From the NCBI RefSeq assembly GCF_000150275.1, contig NW_002060948.1, positions 5,378,336 to 5,442,335 of the forward strand: a stretch of 64,000 bases of DNA. Reading direction: 5' to 3'. The notes under the pieces were generated by a model. That model did not search any database. It had not been told where the DNA came from and was given only the letters and a program-made list of their open reading frames with translations. Source of the stretch: Trichoplax adhaerens. Taxonomy: Eukaryota > Animalia > Placozoa. Positions within the stretch are counted from its first letter, which is position 1; each line of letters starts with the position of its first letter. The position numbers were made by a program, and so were the translations under genes. Shown in pieces: positions 1 to 12,805 of the stretch.

Positions 1-555
1 GTTATATGGAAATATCCCGATGAAAATCGTGTAAATATGGATAACTCTATCAAGACAGTTCAATGGCTGCCACAAAACGATCTTCTTGGACATCCAAATG
101 TGATAGCTTTCGTTACACATTGTGGATTAAATAGTGTCCTTGAAGCTGCCTATCATGGCGTACCTATGGTAGCTATTCCTGTAGCGGGTGATGGATATGA
201 TCATGCTCAAAAAATTTTAGCTAAAAATATAGGCGTTGTTTTGGACGTTAAGACGATTACTAGTGACGAAGTATTTAATGCCATTATGCAAGTGACAACT
301 GATAAAAGTATTATTGCAAGTGTTAAACGAGTAGCTAAATGCATTAAAAATAGACCTAATAACAGAACACCAGTTGAGGAAGCTGTAGACTGGATAGAAT
401 ATGCACTAGGCAATGAAGGAGGACATTATCTTCGAACTATGGAATATACAATACCATGGTATAAACTATATTTAATAGATATTTTCACTATATTTTTTAT
501 TGCACTTTTTATAATTCTAAAAATCTTTCAATTCATACACAAGAAATTTTTCTAA
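1..555 (+). CDS. UDP-glycosyltransferase (UGT/GT1 family), C-terminal part; 5' end lies outside the window
   Basis: Frame 1 is open from base 1 ([14 protein letters not shown]...). It contains the UGT signature [39 protein letters not shown], a C-terminal TM helix and a KKxx ER-retrieval end (HKKFF*). Confidence 0.95.
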   Translation, partial: VIWKYPDENRVNMDNSIKTVQWLPQNDLLGHPNVIAFVTHCGLNSVLEAAYHGVPMVAIPVAGDGYDHAQKILAKNIGVVLDVKTITSDEVFNAIMQVTTDKSIIASVKRVAKCIKNRPNNRTPVEEAVDWIEYALGNEGGHYLRTMEYTIPWYKLYLIDIFTIFFIALFIILKIFQFIHKKFF

Positions 556-1941
556 AATTGAAATTACGGTACAATACTATATTTATTTACAGTCAGAAAT
601 TTGTACGCCATAATTTTAAAAAAGAAACCACAGTAGAGTTTAATACATGGCTTTGAACGAATAATGAACGATTGCCAACAATTTACTGTTATTATCGTTT
701 TGAACCTGCAAACTCTGTTGGTATCTTTTCCTTTGCTCATTTAGGTAATCCTAGGCAATGCCGTGAGTTTAGTATTGCTTCTTAATAGGTTATGTACTAA
801 GGTATATAAACTGATGCATCGAGTAGATCGGTAGTTCTTGCCTATGCGTATGTTGTAGATTCTTTAGCGGTTTAAGATTTTACTGTAACAAAAGTTTAAT
901 TCATTACATTAATTAAATCCGATTTGTTTAATGTTATCATTATGTACCCCAACGAATTGACTTTGTTACATCCTACAGCATAATTTTTCGAGTAATAAAA
1001 GACGCCCACATTAGATTGTTTGTCTGTATTTATGGAACTTAATTTTCACATTTTGAGACTTGGAGCTTAAGTAGCTAACATGTAAAATTTTGTGTTAGTT
1101 ACTCATTATATCGTTATTTATTATCTATGTAAAATGGTACACTTCGGAATCTCAAATTAGCGATAAAATTTAACTGATCTGGAATTTCCTAACAAGTTTG
1201 CGATCTATTCTTTGATTGAATTTGCTTTCAAGCCAAACACAACTTGGTATTGTTGCTACAAAATCCTGAATTGGTATTAATATTGTTGTTCTGTTAATTG
1301 CTTCTCTTCATATTCTGTTTCGTAAATCAAATATACCAAAGTATCACAAAGCAATAAACTATAGTAATATATTATAATTATCTATCAACAACCAGATGTA
1401 AGCATCGTAGGACGTAATGTACGATAAATTTATTTCAAACTGTGAATCAGAAAATTTCGAGTAGAGAGTTAAGAAGTTTTTTTTTTGAAGAACTTGTTAC
1501 AATTCAAAGGCCTTCTCTCATTTCATGACACTACAATGCTGTAGTAACTCGCTATTACATAGCGCATTAGTTCGTACATCAGTCCAGTAAGACCGTAGTT
1601 TATCGTAATAATTTACTATAAACCGTTTGTTGTCGAAATGGTGATATTTTTCAGGATTCATCAATACATAATATTAAAATCAACCTTCAATATAATAACT
1701 CATAACTACAGTTTATTATACGCAAGAAAACGCATCATTGCTACCACAACAGAGTCCCTAACAGTACGTATTGTAACTTATACCCATTAGCCTACTAATT
1801 TATTCGTATCAAAATTTGAATAGCTATTGGAATTGTTGGCGACATTCATAATCTAGTAAATTATCTTAATCAAAATTATCAGTAAGTAAAGAAAATAAGG
1901 AATTCCCTTAATTATAACTTATAGTAATAAAGCGATCAAAA

Positions 1942-4900
1942 CTATATATCCCATAATCTTGTACAACAGTCGCTGCCAACAGATACGAATGAAGAATTGT
2001 CCAACCAGACAATACCATTCACAGGGGACATCGGATGGGCTCCTACAGATATATTTAAAGTTAAGTATAATCGATAACTGTTTCCATTAAGGTAATACCT
2101 AATTATTTATAAAATCTCCTTCATTACTACAATATACAGGCCTAAACTTTTAGTGAGTCGGAACTACAGTTATACTGTACCTTTGACGATTGCTTTCTTG
2201 CCAGCATCGGCAACTGACCACAATATAACATTGGAATCAATGCCACCAGATGCAATATATGTAGAATCAGGTGACCAAGCAAGGTACGATACTCGGGCGG
2301 TATGATAACTCCAACTATGTAGTGTCTACAATATATTTCAAATGACATTAATAATCGGAAATACAATAATCGCTAAGTTGTATAATTGAAGATTCATGAT
2401 ATCAAATAATGCTTCTTACTACAGAGTAAGCCTTTGTTGCCATTACGGTGAGACATCTTTGAGAATCTCCAACAGCTAACAATTCGCCATTTGGCGAATA
2501 TGCCAGATGCGACGGAGTACCTCTCACAGATACCTTAGTTATTTCTTCCAAGTTATACCCGCTTACTTTGTAAACATACACGAAATTTTCCTATATTCAA
2601 ATATTAAAACTACTTACAACATATTTCTGTAACAAGTGTTATTTTGCCAATTTAATTTAGCTATCTTGTACCTTGCTACTTCCAACAGCTAGTTCACAAG
2701 TTACAGAGTTGAATGAGATACTGTTTGGCTCATACTTCACAAGTAAACTATTTTCTTTTTGGCCTTCATTAGTGATCGAGATCTGATATCATAACGTAAA
2801 TATAATAGAAACGAAATTACCGTTTGATAAACAAATCTTGAAAGGCCTTGTCTAATTTCATGTATTATGTACCTCGTTCATGCACGCAACAAAAATAATG
2901 TTGCCTCCCCCACTACACAAAGCGCGAGGTTGAGAGTCTAATTTCAGGGAATAAGAACTAAAACAAAGTTATAAAAATCGATTATATTTTCACTAAAAAT
3001 AATTTCTATAGTAATCTACTGCTATAACATACCTGTACTCGTTAGATGCGGTTGAAAACTTTTTCATGCAATCGTCAATTCCTACGGTGTAAACTTCGTC
3101 TCCAACGGTAAGCATAGCGTTAACTTGATTGTTATGACCGACGCCTTTAATTTCATCGTTATCTCCAGTGGTAGTATCCCAAGATAGTGTCATAGGTTAA
3201 AGACATAAAACAATCTAAAAATTCATTTAATTCTGTAATGGTAACGTTATCTATACAGTAAAATACGGGTTACAGTTAGACGATCGAAAAGATATTTGTT
3301 AATCCGGTATAGTCTACAGTGTATATCTTTTTCTTGTCAGCCGATAAGGTTATAGCAGTAATAGCCTTTTGATGTCCCTATATTAACAAATAGATGATTA
3401 ATATGAATAAGTATTGCTTCAAAGAACGTTTAAGTTTAGAGCAATTGAACCTTTATGATTATACCTTAATAACTTTCGTCAAAGCTGAATTACTAAAGTC
3501 TAAATAGTTTATGTAGCCGGAAAGTGATACTGATAGAATATGATCCCCTTGCCACAAGCATCCCAATTGTTGATCGAGTAACTTACTGCCTACGTTAATT
3601 GTACTAAAAAATTTTCATGTCAAAAAGATGTAAATCCAAATTTATGTATAAATTCAATAAGTAGTATAAGCGACTAAATATTTACCCCATCAGCTCAAGC
3701 GTATTAGCATCCCATAATTTGACAGATTTATCCGCGGAACAAGTAATAAGTTGGGCTGAGTCTGCTTTCCAGGCAGACTGTTTTAAAATAAAACGAATTG
3801 ATATAATCAAGTATCTTTCCTAAGCTATCATGATATAGCTATTATTAATACTTTTATAACTACTGTGGAAAAATGGATAATTAATACATTACTCTACCCC
3901 ATAGATTCCACCACTATGAGCGGGATTGCCAAGTTCTCCTTCTTTTTCTGCAGTCTTACCGTTATACAAAAATGCTCTTCCATCTGCTCCACCAGATACG
4001 AATTTTTCTCCATTAGGAGAAAATTTAATGGTATTAATAAACTTAGAATGGCTCTATGAATAGGTAAAATAAGCTTTAATAAAGTATTCCAGTATAACAG
4101 TAAAATTAATCGATCACTAAATAAATGATCATTACATTGATCTTTTGATCGAATTTAAAAGGTGGTCCAGAATGAAACGCGATCTGCATGTCTTCTCCTC
4201 CAGTAGCAACCTTGTATGGTCGTGATGGTTTGAAGTCAACACAAGTTATTGGCTTATGATGACCAGTGATAGTACCGACGCTACTTCCGCTGTCCCATAA
4301 GAAGGCGCTCGCGAACCTTATCAATACAAAATATAAGCAATTAGACTTTTTATCCCTATGAAAGTATTATTGTCTGAATAGAGCCCTACTTCTCTCTACC
4401 ATCACCAGCGGTAATGATCCTCTTACTGTCTGGTGACCAACAAAGATCATAAATCGCTCCGTGGGGTTGATACTCATACTTTAACAAATGTTCACGCTGT
4501 GTAGTGTCCCAAATTCGAATTTTTCCTCCAGTGTCTGAATATAGGTAGCAGTAACAATGAATATAGTCGTAATTTTGATCACATTCATATGAAGAATGGA
4601 GAAATCGTTCTATGGAATTTGCTTACCAGCAGATGCAATATAGAACCCACTCGGAGCATAGCGTGCAACTGTTGTTTGCAGAGCATGTTGAGCATAAACA
4701 TCACTTTCAGCTAAGTTCTGTGGACGTTAATATCATTAGTTAATTTTTGATTTAGTAATTAATGATTTACTGAGTCAATTTGACGATTAATAACACATGA
4801 TGTAGAGCATTCAAATTCTTTATCATTACAGTAGTATTATATATCAAATGTTGTCAGGATTTTGTAGACGCCTTTGCAAGGAATTAAAGTTGTATAGTAC

Positions 4901-7162
4901 TGTATACCGATCTCTAGATGAAAGTAATTCAATATTTGTATCACGGTATCTAAGTGCTCCAAATACCTCGATATTTCTGATTATAACATGGTTTCCAATA
5001 CAATATAAGAAATTTTTGCCCTTAGGATCGCCACCAATCTGAACACTTCGTCCACGTTCTGTTCGAGGCAAAGCTGCAAAGCAGTTCTCTAGAAAAGATT
5101 TAATGTATTAATCATTTTAATATTATTTTTAATTTTATAGCTATAATAACGACTACCGATTAATCCTTAAATTAACGAGAACATCGGCAGATATCACACC
5201 TCTTTACTATGTCTACTGAGTTAAATTTTAATTTCTTATTGCTCAGGAATTTCTTGTACGTCAAATAGCATCCATGAAATGTATTTCTACAAGAATGTTT
5301 ACAACATGAACTATGATCCTTTATTTCTTACAATGGAAAAATACTGTACCAGAAAAGCAATTTAGCTTCTGATTTACAAAAAGTTAAGAATAGTAAAATG
5401 TGTTTTCTGTCAGAGCAAAAATAGTAGCAACTACTCCACTCTACATTTCATTTCTGTAATATAAGGTTTGCATCCAAATTCGTAGTATCTGGTGTTAGTA
5501 TTGGTAGTTAACCTAGCAGAGTTGTAAATCGTCACACCTGATCTGATACTTGATTAGCTTACGACTTTATCATGACCAAATCAAAAGTATAGTAGAGTAC
5601 TTTCCGTAGTACTTGTTATGTACTATCATTATTCTTATTTTCTAGCAACAAGGTTGAAGATAACTTGATCACTCACAATTCAAGAGATTGCATGCTTGCA
5701 GTCTACCGTACCAGTGCTACTGTCGTTAATTTGTTAATTATTTATTTGAACCGTAATCTTGAAGTCTATTCAATTTGCTAACAACAATCAATTTATCAAG
5801 AAGTAAACTTGGTTTAGCTTAAAATTTAATATGATAGACTAGATGATGATTGTCTATTTGCTTGTTTCATTAGCAACATGTTCTAAAAGAGCTTGCTTAC
5901 GAGAGATTACACACCTATAGCCTATCGTAGCAGGACTAAAAAAATTGTAATTATTTGACCCCTAATCTTGAAATCGATTCAATGAAGCTCACAAATCTAT
6001 CTGTCAAGGCAAGTCGATAAAAATTGACGTTGGATCAGCTTTAAACTTAGCACGATAGAGTCGATCGACATTGTCTCCTAGTGTATTTCAATAGCAATAC
6101 ACTTGGAGACAACTAAACTTCCAATTTAAGAGATTAAGCGCCTGCAGCCTAATGTTCAAGGAGCCTAGGACTACTGAATTATTATTATTTGACCCCTAAT
6201 CCTGAGACCAATTCTAAGACGTCAATCCCTCAAGACAAGTCGATAAAACTGGATGTTGGATCAATTTATCAGCCTACCATAGCAGTATTACCGTCATGAA
6301 TTAATGAATTTACATGACCCGTCATGCTGGAAGTCGATTCAATTTGCTAACAAATCTATTCCATCAAGACAAGTCGATAAAAATTAAAGTTGGATCTACT
6401 TCCAATTTCATACGATAGAGTCGATCGATATGGTCTCTATGCGTGTTCCAATAGCAACACGCTTGGAGATAAACTAAAAACTCACAATTCAAGAGATTAC
6501 GTGCCTGCAGCCTAACGTACAAGGACTAATCAATTATTTGACCCCTATTTCATGATGCCAATTCTTCAGGAAAAGTAGATGAAATGTAATGCACGATCAA
6601 TTTATAACTCAACATGATAGAGTAGATCCACATTGTCTCTTTGCTTGTCTAATGAATAACATGCTCACAACTGAAGAGACTATATGCATACAGCCTACCA
6701 TCACAGAATATTACGATGAGGAATATTCATTTATTTGACCCTCAATCATGACATCAATACAATTTATGAAGCAATCTATCGATCAAGATTAGTCGATAAA
6801 AATTGACGTAGGATCCATTTCAAAATTAGCAGGATAGAGTCGATCGGCACTGTCTTCTTGCGTATTCGAATAGCAAGACGCTTAGAGAGACAAATTTAAC
6901 TCCTAATTTAGCAAATTACACGCCTACAGCCTACTGTACCAGGACTAACGAAATCACTTGAATGAATTCGTTAGCCGTTAATCCTAAGGGCGATTAATGT
7001 TTACGCGATCGACAAGTAGATAAAATTAGACGTTGGATCAACTTAGAACTTAATAGGATAGCGTAGATCGACATTATCTCCTTGATTGTTCGTCTAACAA
7101 CATGCTTGAAGACAACTTACTCCCAATTTAAGGCAATATCACTTACTTAAATTACAAGACAT
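1942..7162 (-). CDS. WDR1: WD repeat protein 1 / actin-interacting protein 1, multi-exon
   Basis: Exon 1 is 7147-7162 (GCCATG TCT TGT AAT TTA A|gtaagt). Exon 2 is 4967-5088 ([30 protein letters not shown]). Exon 3 is 4627-4717 ([14 protein letters not shown]). Later exons give [30 protein letters not shown] and [21 protein letters not shown]. The last exon reads [32 protein letters not shown] (TAG at 1942-1944). Confidence 0.95.
3187..3295 (-). other. U12-type (minor spliceosome) AT-AC intron in WDR1
   Basis: On the minus strand the intron starts ATATCTTTT, has TCTTTAAC about 10 nt from the 3' end and ends ...GACAC. Splicing joins YTGLT-I-SWD in frame, aligning with AIP1 DGHINYWD. Confidence 0.9.
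5640..7135. repeat. Degenerate ~220-bp tandem repeat (about 7 copies) filling WDR1 intron 1
   Basis: The core caagtcgataaaaattgacgttggatc...gatagagtcgatc...tagcaacatgctt...ttatttgacccctaatc recurs near 5800, 6011, 6237, 6371, 6572, 6791 and 7013. The frames examined have stops. Confidence 0.85.
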
Positions 7163-9624
7163 GGCGGATTTCTTCTTCAAGACAAGGCGGCGTAGAAAAG
7201 TAGAAGGCTTATTGGAGGTTGTCGTCTACTAGACTATCAAAAGAGAGCCAAATAGAAATGCTGTGCTGATACTAAATACTGATCAGTGATGGCAGTAGTT
7301 TGTATAAAGATTTGGTGGGTGGATTTTAGTAGCCTAACTTCCCATTGGTCCTGCATACTCATAGCCATAAATGGATTGATTCACGCCCTGGTCATATTCC
7401 TATAACGCATCGACGCGCATAATACAGTAGACTATAGCCATAGGATTGCCATTAAAAAAATGGCGTGACATGGTTCGCAATTTTGGCATCTACTCAGATC
7501 GTCTCTACTCCATTATCCCCTAAAATACTCTAATAAGGATGATAGAATACTATTGCAGTGTTCCTATGCCACGTAGATCCGCCATTGCATTGCTATCGAC
7601 TAGGATAGACACTATAAGGTAAAAGATTTTACTAGCGAAATCGGCCAGAAAGTCGAAATGATCAATGGCGTGATTAGTTAGTCATGTTTCAGCCATTAAA
7701 ATGGTCTCTACTCCATGATATCATCCATTTAAATACTAGTCAAAATACGAATAGAAATCCATGATAGGATGGTGGAGAAATAATAACTCATTCTATATTA
7801 AAAACGAAAGTGTTATAAACGCTTCAGAAATGGAAATCTCCCTATTAAAGTTAGATATGCGCGTGCACGATTGTCGAGAATGCATGGTGGCGCAAATGGA
7901 GTTTGATATCCAATATGAGATTAAAAAATACAGATAGATACTGATGTACGATTAATTAGAGGTCCTAGTCTGCCAGCCTTCAGCTACTGGTGTTCAATTT
8001 TTGATTTCGAATTTAGTTATCCTATAAAGCACACAAGTTATCCACCTTTCAATATGGATGGGTTTGGCTTTTCTGTGCACTAAATAAATATTAGTTGTTC
8101 GTCGTCGACACTCTACCCTGGGTACAGTTTGCATCTCTAAATTTACAAATTTTAGCTATATAGAAGCATATATAGCATGACTAGGGTTGATGTATAGTTA
8201 TTTAATATATGGTGTTTGAAAATGGAATAAAGCAGAGCAAGCAATATAGCGTGTACCAAGGACTACTCAAGAACCTATCTTCTTCCTCCTTTCTTATTTC
8301 TACATTCATGGTCATGATGTTAGAAAGAGGGAGAGAAAAGCATATTGTTAAGTAGCTTCGAAGATTAGATTAAGAAGAGCAACATAATATTAACTCGTAT
8401 TGTCCAATAATCTATTCAATTGCAAGCAGAAGGAAGTCAATAAATACATATTGCTGAGTGAGTCTTTTATCGTACATAAGTTCAAGATGAAGTTTTACAG
8501 TAGGCTTACTCAGCTCGAGCTTGTAGTCAATAAATGGAGTGTAACTAATTATAGGCGCAACTTATCACGCAAATGGAAACTAGTAAAGTTCAATAATCAT
8601 TGCCTATACTATTTGAATCCAACTTTCTTTGCTATAGCATAATCACATCCTTCATCATGCTTAATGTGCAATTCTACCGCCTACTCTAAATGCTTCATTA
8701 ATTGAATTTAATCTATTTTACTAATAGTCAACGGTATCCTATACTTTAACTTGGGTATGATAATACTTTCTTTCAATCATGATTTAATGAACTTACAGCT
8801 TACTCATAACATACTATTGAGCAAAACATTGAAATTAAATCAGCAACATGATCTAATTAATAGTATATGCCAACAAGGTCACTGCTAAATCAAACACGAG
8901 TCTCCATTTGCTACTAACAGGTTGTTCTTTCAATGTGACTGTAGTATGATTTCACACAGAACTCGCCATGATAGATAATGCCACTTTCGTGCTTATGTAT
9001 ATACTGGCGATATTAGTTCGTATATCAGTCTAGTAAGACGATAGTTTATCGTAGTCATTTACTATAAGCCGTTTATTATCGCTAATGGTGATATTTTCCA
9101 GGATTCGTTAATACATAATATTAAATTCAACCTTCAATATCATAGCTCATAACTACAGTTTATTATACGCAAGAAAACGCGCTACCACAACAAGATCCCA
9201 AACACTACATATCGTAACTTATAGTTATTAGTCTACCAATTTATTCATATCGAAATGTGGATAGCTATTGCTATAAATACTGACGATTAATGTACTTTAC
9301 GAAATGCGCATCTTAATATTATACCTTAATGTAGGCTAGTACTTGCTATCTATGAATAATTTAATTGCTCGTAAATGATTAAATGCACGTTGCACGGTAT
9401 ATTACTCTTTCAACTGTTGGTAGAATATAATAAAAGGAGCTATACTTATTTGCTCGAGCAGAGTTCAACAATGAGAGATATTTAGATGTAAGACACGACT
9501 CTATTTCATATGATTTAATGTGATTTTAATGTGATTTTCCAAGTTTTTTATTGTGTATACTTCTATCTATCTATCTTGAGATGGAAGTAATTCAATATTT
9601 GTATTACGATATCTAAGTGCTCCA

Positions 9625-9932
9625 TGTGATGGAAATTCGAATAATAGAAATGGCACACAGACTTAAACGGTAAAGCTTATTCTTACTGTTATGGATTTCG
9701 ACGCGACAATTAGTTTTTCCAAAACCTAACATTCTACTTATATGCGAACCTTTTTATATCTACTCTCATCTTTTCTAGCATATTATACTGTACTGTGCAT
9801 GGCGAGCTATTTAAGAATATTTGTCATCATAGCGTTATTAATTGTATTACAATATATATACTTAATACAAGACTATGCTAAGAGCCATATTAGAGCAAAT
9901 GATATTTAGTCTACTTTAACGAATTTACGGCA
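9625..9932. mobile_element. 308-bp insertion with TG...CA ends and 5-bp target-site duplication (solo-LTR-like or MITE)
   Basis: Flanked by CTCCA at 9620-9624 and 9933-9937. The paralogous WDR1 site (about 4957-4961) has a single CTCCA and no insert. Ends are imperfect inverted repeats: TGTGATGGAAATTCG / CGAATTTACGGCA. Confidence 0.75.
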
Positions 9933-10619
9933 CTCCAAATACCTCGCTATATCGGATTATAACATGATTTCCAATACAATATAAGAATCTTTTCCCTTAA
10001 GATCACCACCAATCTGAACACTTCGTCTACGTTCTGTTCGAGGCAAAGCTGCAAAACAGTTCTCTAGGAAAGATTTATTGTATTAATTATTTTAATATTG
10101 TTTCATTTTCAATTTTATCGCGATAATAACGACTATCAATTAATCCATAAATTAACGAGAATAACAGCAGATATCACCCATGTTTACTACGTCTACTGAG
10201 CTAAACTTTAATTTCGAGTTGCCGAGGAATTTATTATACGTCAAATTTCACCCACAAAAGGTATTTCTACACGAATGTTTACAACATGAACTATGATCCT
10301 TGATTTCTTACAATGGAAAAATATTGTACCAGAAAAGCGATTTAGCTTCCAATTTTACAAAAATTTAAGAACAGTAAAATATGTTATCTGTCAGAACAAA
10401 AATAGTAGCAACTGCTGCAGTATGCATTCCATTTCTACAATATAAGGTTTGCATCAAAATTCGTAATATCTGGTGTTAGTATTGGTAGTTAACCTTACCA
10501 AGTTGCCAACAGATCCACCTAATTTGATACTCGATTAGTTTACGAATTCGTCAGGAACTAAAATCAAAACTATAATAGGGTACATTCTGCAGTACTTGTT
10601 ATGTACTATCATTATTATT

Positions 10620-12235
10620 TTCTAGCAACAAGCCTGAAGACAACTTGGTCACAATTCAAGAGATTACATGCTTGCAGTCTACCGTACCAGTGCTACAGTA
10701 GTTAACTTATTATTTGAACCTTAATCCGAAAGTCTGTTCAGTTTGTTAACAACAATCAATTTATCGAGAAGTAAGTAACTATTAGCGTTGGATTAACTTA
10801 AAACTTAATATGATAGAGAAGATCATGGCTACTTCCTGACTCGTTTGAATAGCAACATAGTGTAAAGAACTTGGTCATAAATTCATAATTGAAGAAATTA
10901 CAGACGTGCCGCCAGCTGCACCGATACTACAATAAGTAATCAATCTGTCAAGATAAGTGGATAAAAATCGATGCTGGACTATTTTAAAAAATTATTAATA
11001 TGATAGAATGGATCAACGTTGCCCCTTACTTGTTTGAAATTCAAGACATTTAGAGACAAGTTACTGACAATTTAATCCTAAGGTCAATTTTAAGGAATCA
11101 ATCCGCCAAGGCAAGTCGATGAAATTTGACCTAGGATCTACTTAAAACTTAATATGATAGCGTAGATGATGGTTGTCTTGTTGGTTGTTTGATTAATTAG
11201 CATAATTAGCAACATGCTCTAGAACAGCTTGCTCACAAGAGATTTTATGCCTGTTAGCCTACCTTACTAGGACTAAAGAATGGTAATGAATTGACCCCTA
11301 ATCTTGAAGTTATTTCAATTACCTAACAAATCTATCCGTCAAGGCAAGTCGATAAAAATTGACGTTGGATCAGCTTTAAACTTAATATGATAAAGTAGAT
11401 AGGTGTTTTCTCTTGGCGTGAATTTAAGGGATTATGCGCCTGCATCCTAATGTATAAGGATTGATGAATTATTTAACCTCTAATCCTGAGACTGATTCTG
11501 AGACGTTAATCCCTCAAGACAAGTAGATGAAATTAGATATTGGATCAATTTATAATTCAAGATGACAGAGTAGATCAACGTTGTCTCTTAGCTTGTTTGA
11601 TTAGTGGCATGCTCACAATTGAAGAGACTTCACGCCTTCAGTCTACTTTGCTGAAGCTGCATCATGAAAATTTTCACAGGGGGGGGGGTGATTACCCCAT
11701 ACTTCTAATTTTGGTATATGGTAAGCGCATCCTTCCAATTGCTCTTTTTTCTACTGAAAACTCCCCCACACAATGTAGCACAGATTTAAGAATTACGGTA
11801 ATTAACGACAGGAATATTAATTTAGAACTTTTTTTAGGGGGGGGGGCGCTTACTCAGTACTTTACGGTCATTAATTTATTTGACCAGCAATCTTGAAGTC
11901 GATAAAAATTGACATTAGATCCATTTCAAACTTAACACGATGGAGTCGATCGGTGTTGTCTCCTTGCTTGTTCGAATAGTTAGTAGTACACTTAGAGCTG
12001 AACTAATCTCATGAGATTACACGCCTGTAGTCTACCGGACCAGGGACTGATAAATTAACCTTAATGAATTCTTTAGCCCCAAATCCTGAGGTCGATTAAT
12101 GTTTATCCGACAGACAGGTAGATGAAATTGGACGTTGAATCAACTTATAACTTAACAGGATAGCGTAGATCGACATTATCTCCTTGCTTGTTCAACTAGC
12201 AACATGCTTGGAGACAACTTGCTCACAATTTAAGG
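10620..12235. repeat. Second array of the ~220-bp intronic tandem repeat, inside the WDR1 duplicate
   Basis: Same core motif near 10770, 10955, 11112, 11346, 11521, 11896 and 12116. Confidence 0.85.
11650..11857. mobile_element. ~208-bp MITE-like insertion with two G10 runs
   Basis: Absent from the paralogous array at about 6690-6730. Flanked by TACTTT at 11644-11649 and 11858-11863. Weak inverted ends CTGAAGCTGC / GCGCTTACTCAG. G10 tracts at 11679-11688 and 11837-11846. Confidence 0.55.
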
Positions 12236-12319
12236 TATTAGTACTATCTTAAATAACAAGACGTGGCAAATTTCTTCTTCTAAATGAAGCCGCGTAGAAA
12301 GAAGAAGGCGTATTTGTGG

Positions 12320-12650
12320 AGGAATAGAGGAAAGTTAGTTAGGAGCGGGGAACAATTTTTTGTTTAGTAGTCCCTGCTCTTCTCTTTGGGAAATAGACGA
12401 AAGTTGATTAGGAGTGGGGGCAACTCTTTGTTTAGTAGTCCTTTTCCTTCTCTTTGGGGATTACGGGAAAGTTGATTAGGAGTGGGGAGGGGGAGACAAT
12501 TCTCTGTTTAGTAGTCGTTGTTCTTCTCTTTGGGAATGCGAGAGAGTTGATTAGGAGCATGGGACAATTTTTCGTTTAATAGTTCCCGTTCTCCTCTTTG
12601 AGGAATAGGGGACAGTTGCTTAGGAGCGTGGCGGGATAATTTGGATGTTT
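12320..12650. repeat. ~60-bp minisatellite, about 5 diverged copies
   Basis: Unit approximates gggaatag.gaaagttgattaggagtggggacaatt.tttgtttagtagtcc.tgttcttctcttt. It begins where homology to the WDR1 5' region ends. Confidence 0.9.
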
Positions 12651-12799
12651 GGATCAAGAGCATTGAACAGACCCAGAATTTTTTACACTATATCATATAC
12701 AAATAGGCGAAAACATGAGTCTATCGGCTAAATGAAGAGATAACTTTTAATGTATAAGTACGTACAATAACCACATCAGTAGTCGAATAAAGTATGAAT

Positions 12800-12805
12800 T
12801 TTATT
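12800..12805 (-). promoter_or_regulatory. Candidate polyadenylation signal for SELENOK
   Basis: AATAAA on the minus strand about 710 nt after the stop and downstream of the SECIS. The motif is common in AT-rich DNA. Confidence 0.35.

Larger units (their letters stand above)
9012..12320 (-). pseudogene. Internally deleted tandem duplicate of WDR1 (3' flank, exon 2, intron 1, exon 1)
   Basis: 9012-9269 copies 1566-1829, and 9575-12320 copies about 4910-7218. The exon-2 copy (9943-10063) is 121 nt versus 122 nt, a frameshift. The exon-1 copy (12249-12264) has ATG>ACG and has lost the GT donor. Exons 3 to the end are absent. Confidence 0.92.

Noticed and set aside
207-413. Antisense or alternate-frame ORFs over real genes (also 17508-17771, 17797-17985, 22554-22841, 30781-31077, 55559-55804)
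   Set aside because: Shadow ORFs of recognised coding exons with no independent support.
11540-11896. 118-aa ORF
   Set aside because: It spans a satellite unit and an insertion in the pseudogene intron; other units have stops in this frame.
12320-12650. CRISPR-like array (also considered for 36040-36265 and 45258-45563)
   Set aside because: Eukaryotic context, no unique spacers and no cas genes; these are ordinary tandem repeats.
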